Shown here: in pieces, positions 58,425 to 64,000 of the stretch
Layout: each line of letters opens with the position of its first letter
How positions within the stretch are numbered: position 1 is the first letter of the stretch
Assembly: GCA_016182555.1 (NCBI GenBank)
Contig: JACPGJ010000008.1
Location: 92,272-156,271, forward strand
Source: Candidatus Kerfeldbacteria bacterium
Lineage (GTDB): Bacteria; Patescibacteriota; Patescibacteriia; UBA9570; XYC2-FULL-38-9
DNA: 64,000 bases
Reading direction: 5' to 3'
Translations under genes and position numbers: made by a program
Notes under the pieces: generated by a model
What the model was told of the DNA's origin: nothing
The model's database searches: none
Seen by the model: only the letters and a program-made list of their open reading frames with translations

Positions 58425-59783
58425 TTAGAATGATAAACGATCTCGAAAATAATTAATTAATTGAGAAATGGGGATGCGCTCTTGTTTCATGGTGTCCCTA
58501 TCACGAACAGTCACAGCGTTATCGGTGAGTGAATCGAAATCGACGGTAACACAAAATGGTGTGCCAATTTCGTCTTGGCGGCGGTAACGTTTCCCAATAC
58601 TTTGTGTTTCATCATATTCGGTGTTCCAATATTTTCGCAGCTCATGAAAGAGCGGCTCAGCAACTGTTTGTAATTCAGGTTTTTTAGAGAGTGGCAGAAC
58701 CGCAACGGTATAGGGCGCAATATGCGGCGGGAACTTCAGCACTACCCGCGTGTCGCTTTCGCCGGCAGCCGTTGGAGCGGATTCTTCTGTATAAACGCTC
58801 AACAATAATGCCAACAACGTTCTGTCTACACCAATAGACGGCTCAATAACATGTGGAATGAATTTTTCTTGCGTGGCTTGATCCACAAATTGTAAATCTT
58901 CACCCGAATGTTCTTGATGTTGTTTGAGGTCATAATCAGTGCGATAGGCCAACCCCCATAATTCTTTTCTGCCAAAGGGATAATCGAATTCCACATCCAC
59001 TGTTCGTTTTGAATAATGAGACAATTCTTCAGGTGCAATATTGTTATCATGTACTTTATTCGCATCGAGACCAATTTGTTTTCCCCATGCATGCATTTGC
59101 GAAAGCCACATTTCAAACTGTTGCTCCCATTCTTGTGGGCGAACAAAATATTCAATCTCCATTTGTTCAAATTCCAGTGTACGGAAGGTGAAATTGCCTG
59201 GAGTAATTTCATTACGAAAGGCTTTGCCAATTTGCCCAATACCAAATGGCAGTTTCGGACGCATGGTTTGCATCACATTTTTAAAGTTCACAAAAATACC
59301 TTGCGCGGTTTCTGGACGCAAATATACCGTGTTTCCAGTATCTTGCACCGGACCAATAGCTGTTTGGAACATGAGGTTAAATTGGCGTGGTTGGGTGAGT
59401 GTTTTTTTCTCACAGTTTGGACAAGCTTGGGTGCGAAAATCAACGGTCTTCCATTCTTCATCTATATGGTCTGCGCGAAATCGACTCTGACAATTTTTAC
59501 AATCCACCAATGGATCTTCAAATGTATCTACATGACCAGACGCTTTCCATACTTTTGGGTTCATCAGAATGGCAGCATCAAGACCAAACATATCCGCACG
59601 TGATTGCACAAAAAAATTCCACCACGAATCTTTAATATTTTTTCGCAGTTGGGCACCAAGTGGGCCATAATCCCAAGAATTCGCCAGTCCACCATAAATT
59701 TCACTTCCCGGAAAAATAAAACCACGCCGTTTACAGAGCGAAATAATTTTTTCCATGGTCACCATTTGCGTTTCATTTGCCAT
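58425..59783 (-). CDS. glyQS: Glycyl-tRNA synthetase (class II, alpha2-type)
   Basis: GlyRS-specific motifs and a C-terminal anticodon-binding domain. Confidence 0.93.
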   Translation of the reverse strand: MANETQMVTMEKIISLCKRRGFIFPGSEIYGGLANSWDYGPLGAQLRKNIKDSWWNFFVQSRADMFGLDAAILMNPKVWKASGHVDTFEDPLVDCKNCQSRFRADHIDEEWKTVDFRTQACPNCEKKTLTQPRQFNLMFQTAIGPVQDTGNTVYLRPETAQGIFVNFKNVMQTMRPKLPFGIGQIGKAFRNEITPGNFTFRTLEFEQMEIEYFVRPQEWEQQFEMWLSQMHAWGKQIGLDANKVHDNNIAPEELSHYSKRTVDVEFDYPFGRKELWGLAYRTDYDLKQHQEHSGEDLQFVDQATQEKFIPHVIEPSIGVDRTLLALLLSVYTEESAPTAAGESDTRVVLKFPPHIAPYTVAVLPLSKKPELQTVAEPLFHELRKYWNTEYDETQSIGKRYRRQDEIGTPFCVTVDFDSLTDNAVTVRDRDTMKQERIPISQLINYFRDRLSF

Positions 59784-59842
59784 AAATACAATAGCTATTA
59801 TTCAATAAAACTATACCATTCAACACGCTATTTGGCAAGAAA

Positions 59843-60589
59843 TTATATGCCGAAAAAGTGAGCAGCGATTTGACCAACCATATATCCGAAAGCTGCAGCG
59901 GTAAAAGAGATCATCATCATTTCCAAACCACTCCGGAGTCGGTTCACATGCACCATTCTTCCTTTGACATAACCAATACCAAACAAAATAGCAATGGAAG
60001 AAAAAAGCGATGTTGGCAATGCTGTAGCGATTGGAAGAAAAAAATAACTAACCAGTGGAACCAATCCACCAAAAACATACGACACTCCCATAAACAAAGC
60101 GTCTGTTTTTGGCGTGCCATCATATTGCGGAATAACCCGTAATTCTTTAAATGCCATTTCTTCTAACCACAACTTCTTATCGCTGGTTATACGATTCACT
60201 ACTATCTCAATTTCTTCGGGCAAAAATCCACGCGCACGATAAAATTCTACCAACTCGGCACGCTCCCCTGCCGGGTTTTTCTCAATCTCCTGCTCCTCTT
60301 CCCATAACATACGCTCATCTACTTCACGCGCAGATTTTGAAGACAAAAAGGTCCCCGCCGCCATAGAAATGGATTCCACCACAATCACCACACAACCAGA
60401 AAGAATGACAATGCGGTGATCTTGCACTCCACCCGCAATACCAGTGATTGCACCAAGTGTCGAAACGATTCCATCTTGTAAACCAAAAATAATTTCTCTC
60501 AGCGAATGTAACACCTTACTTCGCCATGTGTGCGAAACGTGGTGGTTTAATTCGTGGTGAATATACCGAGGATGTTGTTGTTTGTTCAT
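59843..60589 (-). CDS. VIT1/CCC1-family (iron/manganese) membrane transporter
   Basis: N-terminal cytoplasmic segment followed by five TM helices (GLQDGIVSTLG motif). I placed the start at ATG 60589. Confidence 0.65.
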   Translation of the reverse strand: MNKQQHPRYIHHELNHHVSHTWRSKVLHSLREIIFGLQDGIVSTLGAITGIAGGVQDHRIVILSGCVVIVVESISMAAGTFLSSKSAREVDERMLWEEEQEIEKNPAGERAELVEFYRARGFLPEEIEIVVNRITSDKKLWLEEMAFKELRVIPQYDGTPKTDALFMGVSYVFGGLVPLVSYFFLPIATALPTSLFSSIAILFGIGYVKGRMVHVNRLRSGLEMMMISFTAAAFGYMVGQIAAHFFGI

Positions 60590-62022
60590 ACATGAAAACC
60601 AATCAATGGCCAATATACTAGGGCAGATACCCAAAATATAATGATAGAGACCGCATTGAGAAGTACGCCATATTTTGCCGTATCACTAGTCTGCACATAT
60701 TTCGATGATACCGCCAGCGCGACAGCAGGAGTACTCATCGGCAGCATAAATGCCAGGCCGGAAGGAATGGCAATAGCCATGGTAATCACTTTTGCGTCAA
60801 TACCAAATTTTTCTCCAGTAAATAAACCAATAGGCAATAATAAGGCGATGACGGCAGAGTTGCTCATGCCTTCGGTTAGCACCTCCGATAACACACAAAA
60901 TAATAAAATGAGCACAGGAGCCGAGACCATCCAATTATCAAAAATGTTACTCGCAATCCAGGCCACAGCACCAGATTTATCCAATGCAGACCCAAGCGCA
61001 ATAGCGCCACCATACATGAGAATAATCCCCCAATTCACATCTTGTTCTGCCTGTTTCCAACTCATCATTTTGAATATAAACGCGAAGGCAACGGCACCAA
61101 GAGCAATATTAGCAATGCCAACAGCATGACCAAGTGTCGCCCATAAGACAATAGTTGCTACCATGAGCAGGCCAATAAATTTTTCTCGTTGCGATAAGGC
61201 ACCCATGCTGTGAACACGTTTTTCTAAATACTGCGTCGCCTCTTGCATAGCATGTTGTTCATGGCGAACTAGGCGTGTTAAAAAAAAGATTGCGGCGACT
61301 AACAGGACAATAACTGTAGGAAGCGCGGCTAACATCCATGGGATAAACCCAATTGTTTGACCAGTGGTTTGTTCCAACATACCCAACGCGAGCAATGCAC
61401 GAGCACCTCCTAAAAATGTTGCGATACCACCGATAATACAGCCCCAAGCCATAGCAAGAAATAATGCTTTACCGTATGCAGTACCCTTCTTCAATTTCAT
61501 GGCCTGGGTAATTTCATAAATGATGGGAAAGATCATGGCCGCCACAGCATGTTCAGACATTAAAAATGACAACCCCGCCGTCAATAATAATATTCCAATC
61601 AACAACGTCGTACTATTTTTTTCAAAACGCCGCAGCACCAAGAGCGCAATACGCATACTGAGACCAGAACGCATAACAGCAGAAGCTAAAATAAATGCAC
61701 CAAGGATAAAAAATACCGCTTGGTTACCAAACAACGCATAGGCGTCTTTGCTGTCCATCACATGGAGTAGCGGTAATAAAATAAGAGCGAGCATACTCGT
61801 CACCATCAACGGAATAGCGTTGGTCACCCAGAACACTAATGCTAAAAAAAAGATCGCCAGCGCGTTCATGCCAGCACGACTCAAGCCATCAGGTGGTGGT
61901 AAAAAAACCATCGCGCTACTGATTGCTGCTGTGATGATAATCACATAAGGACGCAATTTTTTTTTCAATTCGTAATACGGTAACCCGATAAATTGGACTG
62001 ACTTCATAGACTTATAAAGCAA
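60586..62022 (-). CDS. Anion permease of the ArsB/NhaD–DASS (SLC13-like) superfamily
   Basis: Polytopic protein of about 12-14 TM segments with an internal repeat and SNSAV / hairpin-loop motifs typical of DASS transporters. Confidence 0.65.
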   Translation of the reverse strand: MLYKSMKSVQFIGLPYYELKKKLRPYVIIITAAISSAMVFLPPPDGLSRAGMNALAIFFLALVFWVTNAIPLMVTSMLALILLPLLHVMDSKDAYALFGNQAVFFILGAFILASAVMRSGLSMRIALLVLRRFEKNSTTLLIGILLLTAGLSFLMSEHAVAAMIFPIIYEITQAMKLKKGTAYGKALFLAMAWGCIIGGIATFLGGARALLALGMLEQTTGQTIGFIPWMLAALPTVIVLLVAAIFFLTRLVRHEQHAMQEATQYLEKRVHSMGALSQREKFIGLLMVATIVLWATLGHAVGIANIALGAVAFAFIFKMMSWKQAEQDVNWGIILMYGGAIALGSALDKSGAVAWIASNIFDNWMVSAPVLILLFCVLSEVLTEGMSNSAVIALLLPIGLFTGEKFGIDAKVITMAIAIPSGLAFMLPMSTPAVALAVSSKYVQTSDTAKYGVLLNAVSIIIFWVSALVYWPLIGFHV

Positions 62023-63700
62023 ATTGAATCTTATGGAGCTTCTTCAGCTCTGCAATATGTTGCTTCCGACGTTTGGTCACATTCCCACTCACGATGGTTG
62101 AAAGGTAATCTGCGCTAATCGAGGTAGGCAAAATAACGAAGCTCGCTCCATAATGATAGAATTCAAGCGCGTCGTCAATATGAAATGCCGTGACAAATAT
62201 TTTTGCTCGAACTTTGTGCGCACGGGCATATTTCAATAATGCCAACGTATCACGGCGTGTACGAACCGTAGAAATAATCAGATCAGCATGCTGTAGGGCA
62301 GCTTTTTCAAGCACCTCATCATCACCCATGCTTCCATAAATGTGCGGAATCTGTTCTTGCTGTAAATGCCTAATCACATCTGGGTTGGTATCGATAACCA
62401 TGACGGGTTTTTGTAATTCTTCAATCAAGGTACGCGCACGGTGCCCCATCATATGGTGTCCACATAAAACGACATGATGTTGTAATTTTTCTGGAATATG
62501 TTCTAAGCGCAAAGCGTGTTTGCGACGTTGGAATTTTTTCAACAATGGACGTGCCACCACATACAGCTGGTCACTATATTCAATCATATACGTGGAAATC
62601 GTCACCGTAATTAAACCAATCAATGCGATTAACGAAACAAATTCATGTTCAACGATACCAGAGAGATATGCTAAATTGATAAGAATAAAAGAAAACTCAC
62701 TCACTTGCCCAATCGCAAAACCTGCCTGGAAACTGGTATGCGATCGATAGCCAAACAGCAATAATGCACCGGTAACTACCACAGAAGAAACGATTAAGAC
62801 GAAAAGAGAAAGAATAATCGTTGGCAAAAGAATATGTGCATTTGTAGAAAAAATCAGCTCTCCGCCCAGAATAGCAAAAAACAACGGTAGGAAAAAATCA
62901 CGCAACGAAGTGATACGATGAGCGATTTCTATACTATATGGAAGGAACGAAAGACTGATACCAGCAAGGAGCGCGCCGACTTCCACAGAAAAACCAAGCT
63001 GGAGGGCCAAGACAGAAAAAACTAAACACCAACAGATGGAACCTAAAAATAACAATTCACTACTTCGCGCAAAGTACGTAAAGATATAACGTAAAAGAAA
63101 ACGAGAAGAAAGGAGGGCCGCTAAGAATAAACAAAAAATCTTTAGGATGGCAATACCAACGGCACTCACGAGTGCGGTACCAGAAGCTGAACCACTGAAA
63201 ATACCAAAGAAAATGAGCACTAAAATGGCCATAAAATCTTGCGTCAACAACAAGCCAATGACCAGTTGTCCATATAATGTATCCAGCTCCTTTCGTTCTC
63301 CCAGCAATTTCAATACAACAATGGTACTGGAAAAACCAAGGGCAATGGCGAGCAACAACGATGGAATCGGTGGAAACCCGAGCAACCGTGTGACCAAATA
63401 ACCTAAACCGACGGCGACTCCCATTTGAATACAACCAACAAGAATAGCTACCTTGCCGGTATTGAAAAATTTACGCAAATCCAATTCAATACCCACCAAA
63501 AACAATAAAAATGCAATACCAAATGTGGAAAGCACATCCAGGAGTTCACCGCTGCGGATGACATTCAATACCGATGGACCAAGAATAACTCCCGCGAGAA
63601 TGTAGGCCGGAATCATGGGTTGGCGAAAAAACTTCGCGACGGTGGCGCATAACGTGGCAACAATGAGAATAGCGCTAATTTCAAAAAATATCGAATCCAT
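62012..63700 (-). CDS. Kef-type K+/H+ antiporter (CPA2) with a C-terminal TrkA-N/RCK domain
   Basis: CPA2 membrane domain with an N-terminal glycine-rich segment (GVILGPSVLN), then a Rossmann-like glycine loop VVLCGHHMMG in the RCK domain. Confidence 0.85.
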   Translation of the reverse strand: MDSIFFEISAILIVATLCATVAKFFRQPMIPAYILAGVILGPSVLNVIRSGELLDVLSTFGIAFLLFLVGIELDLRKFFNTGKVAILVGCIQMGVAVGLGYLVTRLLGFPPIPSLLLAIALGFSSTIVVLKLLGERKELDTLYGQLVIGLLLTQDFMAILVLIFFGIFSGSASGTALVSAVGIAILKIFCLFLAALLSSRFLLRYIFTYFARSSELLFLGSICWCLVFSVLALQLGFSVEVGALLAGISLSFLPYSIEIAHRITSLRDFFLPLFFAILGGELIFSTNAHILLPTIILSLFVLIVSSVVVTGALLLFGYRSHTSFQAGFAIGQVSEFSFILINLAYLSGIVEHEFVSLIALIGLITVTISTYMIEYSDQLYVVARPLLKKFQRRKHALRLEHIPEKLQHHVVLCGHHMMGHRARTLIEELQKPVMVIDTNPDVIRHLQQEQIPHIYGSMGDDEVLEKAALQHADLIISTVRTRRDTLALLKYARAHKVRAKIFVTAFHIDDALEFYHYGASFVILPTSISADYLSTIVSGNVTKRRKQHIAELKKLHKIQFAL

Positions 63701-63704
63701 ATTG

Positions 63705-64000
63705 TTACAAACGAATAAGCTGACCGTTTTTTTTCAGCTTATACATAAAGCGATCTTCTCCAAAAATAACGATTATTCGTTTTTTCTTTTTTTTGATACG
63801 CAGTTTCATGTCTTGTGCGGTTTGCTGTTCATGTAATTGAATCCGTTTTTGTTCCTTTTTCTTCAGCGCATTTTGTGCCGTGAGTCTCATAACGGTCAGC
63901 TGCAAACGTTGATTGCGTTGAGTAGCGATAATCACCGAATGATAGGCAGAAAAAAATTTTACCACACGTAGTTTGTATTGATCTGGTTTTTTCTGTTGTA
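63705..64000 (-). CDS. Lys/Gln-rich hypothetical protein, 5' part beyond the window end
   Basis: The reading frame is open from 63705 to the window edge. The GTG at 63965 listed in the track is probably internal. Confidence 0.3.
   Translation of the reverse strand, partial: QQKKPDQYKLRVVKFFSAYHSVIIATQRNQRLQLTVMRLTAQNALKKKEQKRIQLHEQQTAQDMKLRIKKKKKRIIVIFGEDRFMYKLKKNGQLIRL

Noticed and set aside
63705-64000. RnpA (RNase P protein) assignment for the terminal ORF
   Set aside because: The KK.g.AV.RNR.KR-like stretch is directly adjacent to the putative N-terminal motif, with no intervening region, so the family architecture does not fit.

Overview
This is a 64-kb window from a compact, gene-dense bacterial chromosome. 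Overall GC is moderate and most genes sit on the minus strand with short or overlapping junctions. Gene content points to a streamlined bacterium, possibly Patescibacteria/CPR. That is an inference from an archaeal-type CarS-like gene, many N-terminally anchored hypothetical proteins, a UvrD–nuclease fusion, a rearranged atp operon and a ThrRS lacking its N-terminal domain. Housekeeping genes I can support include dnaE, thrS, miaB-like, a class-I aminotransferase, gatB, a dut–tmk–thyA-like dTTP block with dCMP deaminase and a P-loop kinase, rplA–rplK–nusG–secE, gyrB, pheT/pheS, a complete F1Fo ATP synthase, an RmuC/TatD/CvpA/metG block, glyQS and several transporters. Accessory or unusual content includes (i) an 87–90 bp structured element present twice, (ii) a roughly 640-bp hairpin-rich noncoding gap that I suspect holds an ncRNA I cannot name, (iii) a ParA-like ATPase operon with two small coiled-coil proteins and an 888-aa coiled-coil/proline-rich membrane protein next to a UvrD–Cas4-like nuclease fusion, which is my best candidate for an undescribed system, (iv) a roughly 1.1-kb GC-rich island with a beta-carbonic-anhydrase-like ORF and strong hairpins, directly followed by an AT-rich HEPN/MNT toxin–antitoxin pair, and (v) a 30-nt sequence shared between two unrelated coding regions. 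I saw no CRISPR array, rRNA, convincing tRNA or transposase. All product calls come from motif and family recognition by eye, not database searches.
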